In this document: one piece after another, positions 40,048 through 52,370 of the stretch | Layout: every line of letters begins with the position of its first letter | Position numbering within the stretch: the first letter of the stretch is position 1 | Source of the DNA: Marsupella aquatica | Lineage: Eukaryota > Plantae > Marchantiophyta | Direction of reading: 5' to 3' | Assembly: GCA_973895155.1 (NCBI GenBank) | Contig: OZ316896.1 | Coordinates: 10,613,525-10,677,524, forward strand | Length of the DNA stretch: 64,000 bases | Translations under genes and position numbers: made by a program | Notes under the pieces: model-generated | Databases searched by the model: none | The model's input: only the letters and a program-made list of their open reading frames with translations | What the model was told of the DNA's origin: nothing

Positions 40048-40650
40048 CTATACAACCTTTTTGATCACTGTGTCAACTTCACTGAAACAGTAATCTGGAA
40101 AATCAAAGTACTTCTCATCCGGCGAGCCCACCACGAAAGATTCTGGAAGGAAGTAATATGACATTGAGGGATCAGGAAACACGAACAAGCAGGGCAAGCT
40201 TCCGACCACCGTCTCGTACCAGACATGGGCCGTGGGAGGAAATGCAAAGCCCTTGCAAAGTCCAGCTCCGGGAACCTTCTCAACACCCACGTACACAGAA
40301 TTCGTGGTCCACTCTGGCGGCAGAGATCCCACTTCTGGGACGCTCATGAAGCACTGCTCCTGGGAAGGAATGTAGAGATACGTTCCACTGGGGATCTCAA
40401 ACATTACACAAGCCTCATCTGTTTCAAAACTTAAACAATATGTCGAACCTGCACTGTGATACACGGCCTGCCGCTTCTGACTCCAATCGTAGGCAAGAAA
40501 TCCAGTAGCTGATCCTGACTTTGTGGTGAAACTGACAGTGAATTCTTCTGGCCACGCTTTGGCGACAGGTGTTTCCACTGACCCTGCTTCTCCGCGGATG
40601 AACAAGGAAAACCCGACGAACAGGAAAACGATGACATTCATCGGTGCCAT
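40048..40650 (-). CDS. Secreted At4g14100-like / ependymin-related (EPDR-type) protein, single exon
   Basis: ATG at 40650, hydrophobic signal peptide, then WPEEF, AYDW, C..VGSLPPEW, YVG..LC, WYE..P and C-terminal FDFPDYCF, matching the family pattern. Confidence 0.75.
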   Translation of the reverse strand: MAPMNVIVFLFVGFSLFIRGEAGSVETPVAKAWPEEFTVSFTTKSGSATGFLAYDWSQKRQAVYHSAGSTYCLSFETDEACVMFEIPSGTYLYIPSQEQCFMSVPEVGSLPPEWTTNSVYVGVEKVPGAGLCKGFAFPPTAHVWYETVVGSLPCLFVFPDPSMSYYFLPESFVVGSPDEKYFDFPDYCFSEVDTVIKKVV

Positions 40651-43600
40651 TGGAGGTCGCACGACAGAGGATGTTAACCTCGTCACGTCGTTCGTGAACA
40701 GCTCGATAGGACCTTCAATTCCCTTCCGTAACCAACAGATGGCTGTGAAACATTAAGCAGTTCTCTGGGTGGAGCGCATTTGGAGAGAAACGAGATGGGC
40801 TTTGGAGAAAGGCTGCACGGCTGACAAGAAGCCACGACTCGACTCTTTGTGTACTCTTTAATGATTAGCATTGGCGGAATCTCCGAAAAAGTTCGTTAGA
40901 AGAATTTACTTTATAGTTTTGAACCTAATGTAGGCTAATCTACGGTTTCCATATGAGTTTCCTTGTACAGTAGTCTATGAAAACTGTGGAGAAGATGCGT
41001 GTTGGAGTGGTGAGCATCCAATCGAGGTCATGGGCTGAGTTTGCTGAGTCACGTCATGAGATGGATGGGTGTTGAGCATCCGGAAACGTTTAGATTCCAT
41101 CTGCCCCTAAGGTACCTTTTTGCCAAGACGAAAAGCCAAAGTTGTACGACAAACCAAAGCTCCTGGAAATGCGTGATCCCTGTACTCCGAATAAGGCGTG
41201 ACGGAAAGCCAGACTTTGATTTAAAGCTTATCCGCTTATTCCTTGGAGACACTATGGCGGAGCTGCAATGTAGACAGGGTTGCCATCCGATTGCAAAGAA
41301 ACTAGTATGCAATTTGTGTTAGATTTCATTGTCCTCTTCTTCACCATCTATGAATGCTTGAACTTGTCAAATTTGTAGTATCATTTTCTAGCCTGTTCTT
41401 GGAGCAGAATCAACACTTAAAGTTGCCAATACTCACATCCACTAAGAAGGCCAACATACGTGGTCCCCTAATTCAACAAACTTGGAAAGGAAGATCGCCA
41501 TTCTCTTGGCATCCCTCAGTCAAACGGTTGACATGAGATGATGGTGTATAATGACGGAGGTGGGAGTCTCGTCATTCATTGCCGGGAAGTCGTGGACCGC
41601 CTTCATTTGGGCTCCTCTTTGGGAAATGCCTCCATGCTGTCACCAAGTACAAAGTACTGTGCAAGCAGTTCCTGTAGTTGAGGAGGAGGGAATGTAGAAT
41701 CTTTTCTCCTGGAGGAACAAGAAGTACCTGCAGTCGGTCCGTCCCCCCTTCACACCCACTGCAGTCAGCCACCTACCCCTTCCAAGATGCGTGTCACCAG
41801 TGCAAGCCTTTTTTTGGAAAATCACACGTTTATATTATCTGCAGTCAGTGGAACGTTTGACAGCTTCGCCACAAAGGAGCCACCTGAAATGAATGTCGAT
41901 TTCATCACGGCTTCGTCCGTTTTTGACGGAGGATAAGAAAAAGGAGCTACTTTGAAATGAATGTCAATATCATTACTGCTTTCATTCAACGAGAAGCAGC
42001 TTCCACAAGCCCAGCAGCTTGCAGAATTCACATTGTTGTGAATTGAGCAACTAATGAACGGTGGACAGCAACGAGTCGTGGAATAGAGGAAAGGACGTTC
42101 TGAGTTTCGAGGAAAAGTGGATGACGAAAGGGTCATGTTAACAACAAACAGTGACTTCGCAGGAACTGATCACAATGTTCAAAACCAAATTTATTGCCCC
42201 ACCAGCTCGCTCCATCGTCACGTGACGTTCAGCACTCGAAATCTCAATTCTGTCACTATCGGCCCAATAGACATCCTTCAATGCGATGATGGATCGATCC
42301 TCAGTCTATCATTACATCCACACAGCGAAAAGCGACGCACAAATGCGAAGTACACATGTGCAGGAGAGAGACTGGTTGAGTCAGGTTTGCCGCGTTAGCA
42401 GCTACAGTACTGAGTGTTCTGCAGGGCTCAGCCAACATATCTGGCCGGACAGACAGCAATGGCACCAATTCATTCATGCTCATCCACGGTCGACATCTTA
42501 GTTGAATTCAGAAAGCGTTCTAGCACAACTAATCGTCCAGTAGATGTTAACAAGAATGCAGTTGAGCTTAGAAACCTGAGTTTTCCCTTGATGAAACACA
42601 CTTTCTGAGCTCAACGTGGCATAAAATCCTGTTCCAGCTTCTGAAGATGGCTCCACCTAGCCAGCGGTGGGGCCACGAAGGTTAACGTCAATGTGAGCAA
42701 ATTGGAGCTGCAGCCATGCTCCAGCTAGATGCCCGATAGACAACATACAGTGTGGACAATGAAGCAAGGGGCGTTCGCCCTGAATTGACATGACGCGTAG
42801 TTGGGGTCAAGAACATGTTGCTACATAGTCAGAAATTCACAAGCTACAATACTCGGAGCAAACACAAGTAGCAACTTAGAGAATTCTGCAGTGGTTTTGG
42901 TTTTTTAGTCTGTCACGCTAGACATCCAGAGCTGGAATCGACCGAGCTCCAGTCCAGTTCAAGCTCTGCACCGATTTGTTCTGCATCTCCATCTGTGTTC
43001 TTGGTGCGGTTCTGGAGTCCACTGGATTGACCGGAAACTGTCAGCTCTCGGCTTCAGAATCTACTCTTTTGGAATTCGGCACATGAGTGGGTATGAATCA
43101 ATTTCCCATGGAATGAAGATAGATTGACTTAATTAGTGGAAGTGTACATGTCTGAGTGAGTCATAAGGTGGATATGGGGGATTTGCATTGCTAGGAGGTT
43201 TAAGTTTTCCGCACGGTACTGAATCAGAGGAAACCATGACCGACGTATGGATTTCAAGTGCCCTTGACGAGGTCGAGAGGATGTTCCCGAGAACAGGGTG
43301 CTGTTGGTTTCATTGTTCTGATCTTGAATTGAGCAAAATGGCCTTGAGCATCAACACTGAATCGTAACTGATCGTGTGAAGTTATCCGAGCTGAGTATTG
43401 TTTGGAGTTGGGATTCAGAGGACTGGGCAGGGATGCCTCTATGTCCGGAATATATCTATAAATTTGATACCTTTGTTTTAGTGCTTTCGTCATAAATTTG
43501 AAGCAAAGTTTGGCAACCTCTGGACCGTATCAACCATTTTGATGAAATCTACATTGCTCTCTGCCCATTTCATGTCGTCAACACAGGGTGCACGCTAACA

Positions 43601-43783
43601 GTGAAATCTTCCCTTGAAATGATGAAGACGGATCAATGCTAAGACCCTCCTGCGGCTGTCTTCCCCAACCTGAGAAGATTCTCTGAACTGCTAACATCAG
43701 GTCACTGGACAGGTGCCTTTCTCTGCATATCGCTCAGTCTTAGAAGTCGGAATTGATTGCCAGCAACCCTTCGGTGTGGAGTC

Positions 43784-45448
43784 ATGGCAGGCTCACCACT
43801 GATCATGGCGATTTTGATGAAATTGTCCCTTAGTTTCTGGTTACTACTACTATTTCCCCTACCGATATTGGCCATCGCACCAGCTTCACCGGCGTGCGCA
43901 TCATCCAGATGCAGTGGCACCACTGGTGAGAAAAATAATGAAAGCGCAATTGGGCAGCCTTATTCTCGAGGTCTGGGACAAGAGCTTCTGAACACCAAAT
44001 TGGGGATACCACATCGTCCAAATCTAGATTCTCTCACTTTCAGAACTGCCAAGAGGGGCCTGAAGGCCGAGCTCATTCGGTACCATCATCAATCTTCCCA
44101 ACCTAACTCGTCGGAGATATCCTTGGACATCAAACGGAGCCTAGCCAGGGGAAGAAATCTGAAGTCCAAAAAGACGCCCAAGGCATCGCTGAAGGGGGCA
44201 GCTAAAAGGAAAAAACCCTATGAAGCCCAGCAACAACCAGTACTTGGATTGCACACGGATCTTGCAACAGTCGCCCCATTCGAGTACCTGATGAAGATCT
44301 CCATCGGCACTCCTCCCCAGCATTTGATGGCAGTGGCTGACACAGGCAGCGACCTCGTCTGGCTGCAATGCACGTCTCCCCCACGACTCGAGGACCAGCA
44401 GCAACAGCCATTGTTAGACAACAAACATATCTTCGACCCGTCCAACTCTAGAACATTCTCCAAACTGGCCTGCAACTCGAAGCCATGCCATCTCCTCAGC
44501 ATTCAATACAACGACTGGATCTCGTGCTCGGGATCCTCGAGATGTCGCTACTCTTACTTTTATGCGGACAACTCGAGCTCGACAGGTGACCTCGCTGTGG
44601 ACACTCTCCACATGAAAAGCATATCGCTGGGCAGCAAAATGGGAGGAGGAGAGTTGCTCGACTGGGCTTCTGTCCACAACTTCGCGTTCGGCTGCGGACA
44701 AAAACAATACAGCACCTCCATGTTGTACGTGAACGCCGACGGGGTTGTGGGTCTGGGCAAGGGTCCACTGTCGTTCCCTAGTCAGCTGGGAGCTCAATTT
44801 GGGAGACGGTTCTCATACTGTCTCGTGGATCGGGAGAAGTCCACAGTGAAGTCGAGTCCAATTCTCTTCGGGGGAATTGCTGTGCCAACAACGCCTGGCG
44901 TTCAGTACACACCATTCCTTGACAACCCTGTGTACCCGACCTACTATTACATCGGGCTTGAGCGAATTGAGGTGGGGGAGGAAGTTCTGGACATTCCGTC
45001 CGATGTTTTTGCGTTGAACTTGGGTGAAGGAGGTGGGGATGAGGGTGAGGGTGGCACAGTGATCGACTCCGGGACGACTTTCTCTCAGCTCGTTGCGCCT
45101 GCTTACACAGCATTGCTACAAGCTTTGAGCACGAGGATCAACTACAAGCGGGTCGCTGGATATTTCGATTTCTGCCACGATGTAACGGGCATTTCGAGGA
45201 ATCTGATTGTCGTGCCGCGCATCTCTTTCCATTTTAGTGAGGGCGCCAAGTTGGACCTCCCGTTCAAGAATGCCTTCATTCTGGTGCAGAATGATCCTGT
45301 GCAAGGGAAGACCACCATGTGCTTGGCTATGAACAACAGCACTGATTTGGGATTCACTATCATCGGGAACTACCAGCAGATTAACCACCTCATTCTGTAT
45401 GATCTGCAAGAGAAGCGCCTTGGAATTGTACCCCAGCAATGTGGATAA
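43784..45448 (+). CDS. A1 family aspartic protease (nepenthesin/CDR1-like), single exon
   Basis: Long ORF with signal peptide, EYLMKISIGTPPQ, catalytic DTGSDLVW and DSGTT, FSYCL, YYIGL and IIGNYQQ. First ATG at 43784. Confidence 0.95.
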   Translation: MAGSPLIMAILMKLSLSFWLLLLFPLPILAIAPASPACASSRCSGTTGEKNNESAIGQPYSRGLGQELLNTKLGIPHRPNLDSLTFRTAKRGLKAELIRYHHQSSQPNSSEISLDIKRSLARGRNLKSKKTPKASLKGAAKRKKPYEAQQQPVLGLHTDLATVAPFEYLMKISIGTPPQHLMAVADTGSDLVWLQCTSPPRLEDQQQQPLLDNKHIFDPSNSRTFSKLACNSKPCHLLSIQYNDWISCSGSSRCRYSYFYADNSSSTGDLAVDTLHMKSISLGSKMGGGELLDWASVHNFAFGCGQKQYSTSMLYVNADGVVGLGKGPLSFPSQLGAQFGRRFSYCLVDREKSTVKSSPILFGGIAVPTTPGVQYTPFLDNPVYPTYYYIGLERIEVGEEVLDIPSDVFALNLGEGGGDEGEGGTVIDSGTTFSQLVAPAYTALLQALSTRINYKRVAGYFDFCHDVTGISRNLIVVPRISFHFSEGAKLDLPFKNAFILVQNDPVQGKTTMCLAMNNSTDLGFTIIGNYQQINHLILYDLQEKRLGIVPQQCG

Positions 45449-45627
45449 CTGAGGAGCGGCCAGGCCCAACTTAACGTCATGTTTAATCTGACAGCTTTAT
45501 TGTCTCTAAGCTCGTCACTCTTCAGCAATCTGATTTGTACCCCAGCAATGCGGATAAGGAGCCAGGCCCAAATTACTTCAGTTTAATTGAAACTTTAGTG
45601 TCTCTAACCTCCTCACTCTTCAGCAAT
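45426..45627 (+). repeat. Tandem duplication of the protease stop codon and proximal 3' UTR
   Basis: TTGTACCCCAGCAATG.GGATAA...CACTCTTCAGCAAT occurs at 45426-45528 and again at 45535-45627. Confidence 0.85.
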
Positions 45628-47820
45628 GGGAGAGATCCAAAAGTCTCCTTCAATGCTGCTGCCGTAGAAGGACAAACATTCCCGTGCATGACACAACGAA
45701 TCCTGTACTCTTGATCTGGGATTCAAGTTCAAACACAGTCACGCCTGACACAACGAATACGGATTTCTGGAGTTGACTGGAAGTTCATACATGACTCATT
45801 TTGAAGTTGTTCACCATCAAGTTATTGCTGTCAGTTGTGATGGGAGTATTCACGTTTCTTAGCTCGGTTAGCAACGCAAGCAAATGTACCTGATTAGAAC
45901 TTGCGATACATGCAACTATGTGCATTTCACATCAGTCCAGCCTTTACCTTTCGTTCTGTTCAGACTGCAGTATCCGGTTCTTTGGGACTCTTACCTTCCG
46001 ACCGTTTTCTACAAGATTATGTCCTGATGCCCGTTATTAGTACTGAAAGTCTGGAAAGCCCTTTGCACCACTGAAGGTGCCTTACATTCCATCAAAACAT
46101 ATTTTGTACAGTGTGCACCCTATTTCTTGAGACCGACTCGAAACAAAAAAACCGTCGGAAGGAAGAGTGCCTTACATTACACTAAAACACTTACATTTGT
46201 ACTGGGTGCACCGTCTTTCTCGAGAGCGACTAGCAACACATTCTAGTCGGACAAAACTGATCAGAGCATTGGATGAAATGTGATACAAAACAAACTCTCC
46301 AATCCTTTAGTGCTGTTCTCCGGTATATCTCCGATTACCATCTTATGAAGTCCTGGAGTTCCCCTTGGATCAACCTTGGGACATTCCCTAGAGATGTCTC
46401 CAGTATGCAGGATTAGCATGTTATCAAGTCCTGGTACTTCAGCTCTGTTCCGAGCAGGGAATGCGATTTAAGCACATCAGTGATTTGTAAATAAATGTCC
46501 TAGACTCAGAGTGCGTCCCCCCACACTGTTGACCCTTTTTGCAGACAGTTCGCTCGTGCCAGAATTGGATATCTAAACGGATTTCCCTGTTTTCAAGAAT
46601 GCCAGTGTGCGCACTTCCCCCTCGGACCACGACTAACTCGACAAATTGAGTTCCTCAGGACAGTAAGTCCAGCTGGCGAACAAAATATGTGAACTCATAA
46701 ATTCGGCAAGCATTTTGACCTAAATCCGAAATAGACAATTCATTGTCACTAGGTTTCAATTGCACTCAATAAGAATCCAAAGGAGACGAGAATTACGAGA
46801 TCATTACTATTGAACGTCTGTAGATTCAAATCTGCGACGTGAGGACCCTGAAGCTTTCATCTACACTACACAGTCCAGTCTACCGCCCTTTCCACCAATG
46901 TTTCCGCAATAATTACACATGGTCCAGTGTACTGTACTTCACTGCAATTGCAGAGAGGACGAGACCCACAAAACAAAGAAGAATTTTAGACAACATTTCA
47001 ATTCCACTGCAGTAAAAGCGTTGTCGTGCAACAGGAGGCAACCTGGATTAGCCTAAAACCAATTGTAGCGGGTCACATTCTTTGAGACAAGATCAGTGGC
47101 GTTACCGACATAACGACCAGAAACACCAACTTTATACCTATATATGTTACAATTGCGAAATGGGATGAAAAAATGTGATCCGGAAAAGGAGCAAAATTAA
47201 GGCACTAAAAATTGGATTGCCGTGATCTATAGTAGTTAAACCTAACAAATTGCCTCGTCCTCCTACCTCTGGAACTTCCCCGTAACCGAGCGCAATGAAA
47301 TCAGGACAGCTTTGCTTACGTCCAGCTTGTCGTAGGACAAAGAAGGGACGCAAGGTGTGACCTGATAGTGAAACGCAGTAGAAGGCTTGGAGTCCAAGAA
47401 CGAGAAGCTATCATTAGAGTTCCAGCCAAATAATGTCAAAGCTTTCCAGCATGTTCGCAAGGTGCAAAACCATTTCTGGGCAGCCCCAACTCGCAAAACG
47501 CATCGAGCCATTCTATCGAGATGGACTCCATTTGGATCTTCATCCTAAGCGCCAAACTTTGTCCATCGGAGTAAGGACAGGGAAGGGCTCCGGCCCGGGT
47601 CTCATAGACGACCCACTCCTGTTTTTGTTACTTTGTATCTCTTCCTCTACATCTAAAGGCAGGCAATGTTATTTTCCTGAGAACCCTTTCCGTTCAAAAT
47701 AAATTTGAGAGCAACTACTCTAGGCATGGAAGCATCGGCGGGTATCTGTGCCCTTGCTCTGATGAATTCCAAATGAATTTATGTACTCGAAAACCATGAA
47801 CTAGAAAGATTTAACCTGTG

Positions 47821-49671
47821 TTAATCGGAAATGTGAACATAGGATTCGGCATCTCCCTCTCGACTTTTGCTATTCGATGGAGATAGAGACCTTTGTCGCC
47901 AATCCTTCAATTCTGGACTGCTGGAAGAGTGATTTGGATGCCGTCCATCCAACGAGACAGCAGCACCAGGACTGTTATCGACGGCAGCAGTCTGCGTGCC
48001 ATTACTGCCACTAGACGGCAATCGCCTCAATCCACCTTCAACAAGTTCACTCGGTTGTCTTGGAGTGGGCAAACGTGTGGCAGACCCATTGGCAGGGGCT
48101 TCCACATCGACCTTGCTTGCATCAGAGCTTCTTGCATCCGTTTCCGAAGTGAAGAATGGTCTCAAAAAGTTCTTATCAAGCGCTTCGAAATTAGCTTCCT
48201 GACGAAATTGCCGTAACTTCAATTTCAGCTGCTGGGTAGCATCTTCCGGATTGCCATCATCATCTTCGTCATCGTCGCTCGTTACCCTAAAACGCTCATC
48301 TTCCTCTGGATCCAGCCTCTCTCCCGGAAGCACAGCTGCATGGTTATCTCCCACAACATCCAGCTTTTCCAACACAGTGGAAGTCCCTCCGCCAACGAAG
48401 AGAACCGTGACGACAACGATTGCCGTGGTGGCAGTCACTATTGCTCGACCGTGGCCGTCTGGAAGGTCATGCACAGACTGCAAGGCCAATGCGAAAGCCA
48501 TGGCACCCCTGAGCCCTCCAAACCAGAGAGCTTTCTGATGTGCCAAAGGTATTTTCCTCGAGTCGGACCGGAAGAAGTTGACGATGTACGCACAAGGGAA
48601 GACATTTGCAGCCCTGGCGACGAGAATGAAGATAATGGAGAAGAAAATGAACCCCACATGGCCCCAGCTATGCTTCTCAATCGCAATGTCCACTCCCATG
48701 TATATGAACACAAAAGTCTCGGCCAGAGAGGAGATGAGATTGAAGAATCCAGCGGTGAAACTTCTTGTACTGTCCGAGAGATTTGAGAACGTGTAATGCT
48801 TCATCAGAATTCCACAAAACAGGATGGACACAATGCCAGACAGGCCTAAGCCCTCTGCCAGCATGTACGCAGCATAAGGAAACAAAACAATGAGACAAGA
48901 CTCTAGATTGTGTAGGCGGTTCACGGCAAGGCCCGTGTACTTGAATAGCAGAGCACAGATCAGAGCCACCGAAGTTCCTGTGAACATTGACCCCCCAAAT
49001 ATTTCAAAAAACCTCCAGACGCCGGCTAAAATGTTGTGGTGGGACGACGGATTGTGGCGAATGGACATGAAGCTACGGTAGAGAGATATCGCCACTGCAT
49101 CGTTTAGCACGGATTCTCCGAAAACTAGGGCATAGAGATTCACATCAGTCCCAAGCTCCTGGAAAATTCCCAGCACCGTGACCGGATCCGTGGCGGAAAT
49201 CAGGGAGCCGAAAATCAAGCTCTCTTGGAACGACAATCTGTACATTAAGAAGAACAATCCGCCGAGGTAAACCAGAATCCCCGTGATGATCGACGCCAGG
49301 AATGTCCCCACAATCGCGAATGTACAAATGGCACCGAAATTCGAGAAGAAAGGCTTGGGCTGGAGGCTGTAGCCGGAGTGGAAGATTATCGGGGGCAAGA
49401 GGACGAGGAAGAAGAACTCTTCCCGGAAGTTGAACCACTGCCGGAACCGTTCCTGCGTGTTAGAAATGTTCGCCACAGCACCGGCGAGGAGCCCGATCAG
49501 GAGCGATGCGCTGGCCTCGTGAAGGTAATAGATTTTGTGGCGCCGGAGTATGTGCCCCAACACAAAGGCCAGCCCGAGCATCACTATCTGCAGGAGGATA
49601 CTGATGCTCGCAATTTGCTGCTGGTCCGCGACGGGAGCCCCTGTCGGGGAATTCAATTCCACGTCTGCCAT
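47821..49671 (-). CDS. NHX6: Endosomal-class Na+/H+ antiporter (NHX5/6-like), no introns in CDS
   Basis: 616-aa uninterrupted ORF with [29 protein letters not shown] and [12 protein letters not shown]-terminal LLQIVML..F.LGH.LRRH and [11 protein letters not shown] are typical of NHX5/6. Confidence 0.93.
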   Translation of the reverse strand: MADVELNSPTGAPVADQQQIASISILLQIVMLGLAFVLGHILRRHKIYYLHEASASLLIGLLAGAVANISNTQERFRQWFNFREEFFFLVLLPPIIFHSGYSLQPKPFFSNFGAICTFAIVGTFLASIITGILVYLGGLFFLMYRLSFQESLIFGSLISATDPVTVLGIFQELGTDVNLYALVFGESVLNDAVAISLYRSFMSIRHNPSSHHNILAGVWRFFEIFGGSMFTGTSVALICALLFKYTGLAVNRLHNLESCLIVLFPYAAYMLAEGLGLSGIVSILFCGILMKHYTFSNLSDSTRSFTAGFFNLISSLAETFVFIYMGVDIAIEKHSWGHVGFIFFSIIFILVARAANVFPCAYIVNFFRSDSRKIPLAHQKALWFGGLRGAMAFALALQSVHDLPDGHGRAIVTATTAIVVVTVLFVGGGTSTVLEKLDVVGDNHAAVLPGERLDPEEDERFRVTSDDDEDDDGNPEDATQQLKLKLRQFRQEANFEALDKNFLRPFFTSETDARSSDASKVDVEAPANGSATRLPTPRQPSELVEGGLRRLPSSGSNGTQTAAVDNSPGAAVSLDGRHPNHSSSSPELKDWRQRSLSPSNSKSREGDAESYVHISD

Positions 49672-50150
49672 TGCCGTGGAATCCGATTCCTAACACCCAA
49701 CCACTATCCCTTTTTACCTCCTTCACAACATGACCACAAACTTCTACTAATACTAGACCGCCTCCAATTGAAGGAGCACAACTCCGATTCAATCACCCTT
49801 GGAGCTGACAGATTAAGCTCCCCTTCCACTTCCTCCCACTGACATTGCCGTGGAATCCGATTCGAACCAACCTAATCCTATCCCTGCGTACCTCCTTCAC
49901 AGCATCACCTCAAACTTCTGCTGCTACTAGACCGTGCAGCCTACAATTGAAGGAGCACAACTCCAATTGAACTTCCCCCGGAGCTGACAGAAGATTAACA
50001 AGCTATCCTATCCCTTCTTACCTCCTTCGCAACATCAGCTCTAACTTCTGCTGCTACCAGACCGTGCAGCCTACAATTGAAGGAGAAAAACTCCAATTCA
50101 ACCAGCCCCGGAGCTGACAGAAGATTAACAAGCTCCCCTTCCCCCCCAAC
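49669..50150. repeat. Tandem repeat (about 3 x 130-170 bp) over the NHX start and 5' region
   Basis: CATTGCCGTGGAATCCGATTC at 49669 and 49843. CAATTGAAGGAG..AACTCC...GGAGCTGACAGA occurs three times. Confidence 0.85.
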
Positions 50151-50859
50151 CCACCGAAGCCAGATCGAATGTTAACCAAGCCAGGCACAGTCATGACGAT
50201 CATTCACTCACTCACACGCTTCGTAACAGAAATGGCCGAACACATACTGTCTTCAGCCGTACAAGTCGTGTTGAGCAATCGCTCCAGCAGCTCCGTTTTT
50301 TTGGGTTTCGTGCGGTCGGCCCTCCCCGCCAGAACTAATAATAATGCCACAACCCCAGTACCGTAAAGTCTTTCAATAGGTCACTCCATCGTCATTGGAC
50401 AGAAAGCGAATGAATACAATGCCCTGTTTTCCTCTTCCCTCCAGGAATTCCTCAGAACAACCATTCCAACTGAGCCCCATCGAACACGCCTCGGCCTGCT
50501 TGGAGCTAGAAAACGAACAAAGCATGTATGGAATTCTCCGATTCCTCTGGAATGAATTGAGCTCCAAGACTTTCCAGTCAAAGAAAGATGGAATGTAGTG
50601 CTTTCCCTCGAGTTATGCCGCCTCGCGTTTACAAGAAGGGCAGACTCACTCTGAGATTACTCTAAACCTCGATGCTCACCAAATCTGCCATCCTCAACAT
50701 CTGACAGCTTCACCGTCCTCCTCCTCCTCCTCCTTCCTTACCTTGCCGTGCTACTTCGGAAATTAGATCTTCCTGGGACCCGCCCACCACACCAAGGACG
50801 ACGAAAACGTGGAAAAAGCAGAGAGACAGAACAAAATCTTTGGCAACAATCGAACACCA

Positions 50860-51232
50860 GCAAAAGACACTGAGACTGGTCCGGAACTCGGGCACTTCCA
50901 AAATGTGTGAGAGAGAGGGAGAGAGAGAGAGAGACCGAACAAATCGTCTCTCGGCAATCGGAAATCAAGAGCTCAGACAGAGGAAAACTGGGTCAAAACT
51001 CGGGCACTTCCAAAATGTGTGAGAGAGAGAGAGAGGGAAAGAGAAAGAGACCGAACAAATCGCCTCTAGGCAATCGGAAATCAACAGCAGACAGACAGAG
51101 GAAAACTAAGTCAGAACTCCGGCACTTCCAAAATGTGAGAAAGACACAGAGAAACAGACAGAGAGAACAAATCGTTTCTTAGCAATCGGAACTCAAACAC
51201 AGAAAAACTGGTGCAAAACTCGGGCACTCAGA

Positions 51233-51263
<31 letters not shown>

Positions 51264-51330
51264 GGGAGAGAGAGAGCACATAGTCTCTTGGCAATCGGAA
51301 CTTAACACAGCAGACACAGAAAAACTGATG
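50860..51330. repeat. Tandem repeat, about 4 x 110-120 bp with (GA)n cores
   Basis: AACTCGGGCACTTCCAAAATGTG(GA)n...ACAAATCG..TC..GGCAATCGGAA units. Confidence 0.85.
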
Positions 51331-51799
51331 CTGAGGAGGAGGAAGAGAAACTCATTGCCTGCCTCTGCTTCCCCTGATTCGATCGAGTCATCGACCGACC
51401 CAGACACCGCCACAAGGACGGACGGACGGGCAGGCGGGAGCAGGGCTCTTTCTTTACGTTACTCCAAGCCAGAAAAAGCTGGACTACAGAGAGACTGGAG
51501 TACAGAAAAGACTCTGTTCGAAGAAGAATATGAGGTTTGTGGGTCTCACACAGAGTGATCATCAGTGATTCAGTTGAGTACTGGGGCACATTTGGCGATG
51601 TGCTGAGCTGAGGACTGGTGTGAGTGAATCAGCCGAGTCTGCCTTTGCCACATGGCAGGCACCCTTATTATTCAGCTCGACGGTGGAATGCTTTTGCGTT
51701 CACCCCCTACTGTAGTACTGTAGCTTAGCTTGCTCAGAGCCCCACACTGGGCCTCTGCCTTTGCAACTACAATAATATTAGGGCTCACACAGAGTGATC

Positions 51800-52370
51800 G
51801 CTTGTGGCTGGAAAGGAATGGCCCTCACTTTGGAACTATTATTGGGGGGTGATGGCTTGGGCGTAAAGAAATGGCCCCAAGTTTGGAACTATGAGGGGGT
51901 GATGGCTTCTGGCCCTAACTCTGACCTATTGGGGGGGGGGTTAAAGAAACGGCCCTAACTTTTGGAGACTGTTGGGGAGGTGACAGGTTTGGGCTGGAAA
52001 GAAATGGCAGCTAACTGTGGAAAAACTTGGGCTTGTCGAAACAGGGCCATAAGTAAGGTACTTGACAGGTTTTGGCTGGAAAGAAATGGCGCTAACTGTG
52101 GAACAACTTGGGTTTGTCGAAACAGGGCCATAGGTGAGGTACAGCCATGGACATAAATTAGCTTTATGGTAGGGACAAAAACCTTACGAGCTACCTATAT
52201 ATGTGCGATTCGATGTCCAAATCAATCACAGCCATAAGACCTTCATTATGGCAGTGCTTTGACATGCCCTGTAAGGGAAATGATGGTGTCTGGACATAAG
52301 AGATGGCTCTAACTTCAGGAACTATTGGGGAGGTAATGGCTTTTGGCCATTAAGAAATGGCTCTTACTTT
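51800..52370. repeat. Degenerate G-rich short tandem repeats
   Basis: Recurring GAAATGGCCCTAACTTTGGAACTATTGGGG.GGTGATGGCTT motif. Confidence 0.7.

Noticed and set aside
41041-43500. Cluster of short ORFs between the EPDR-like gene and the protease
   Set aside because: No recognisable domain or consistent exon chain.
44141-49842. Many overlapping antisense ORFs over the protease and NHX genes
   Set aside because: Expected by-products of GC-rich coding sequence.
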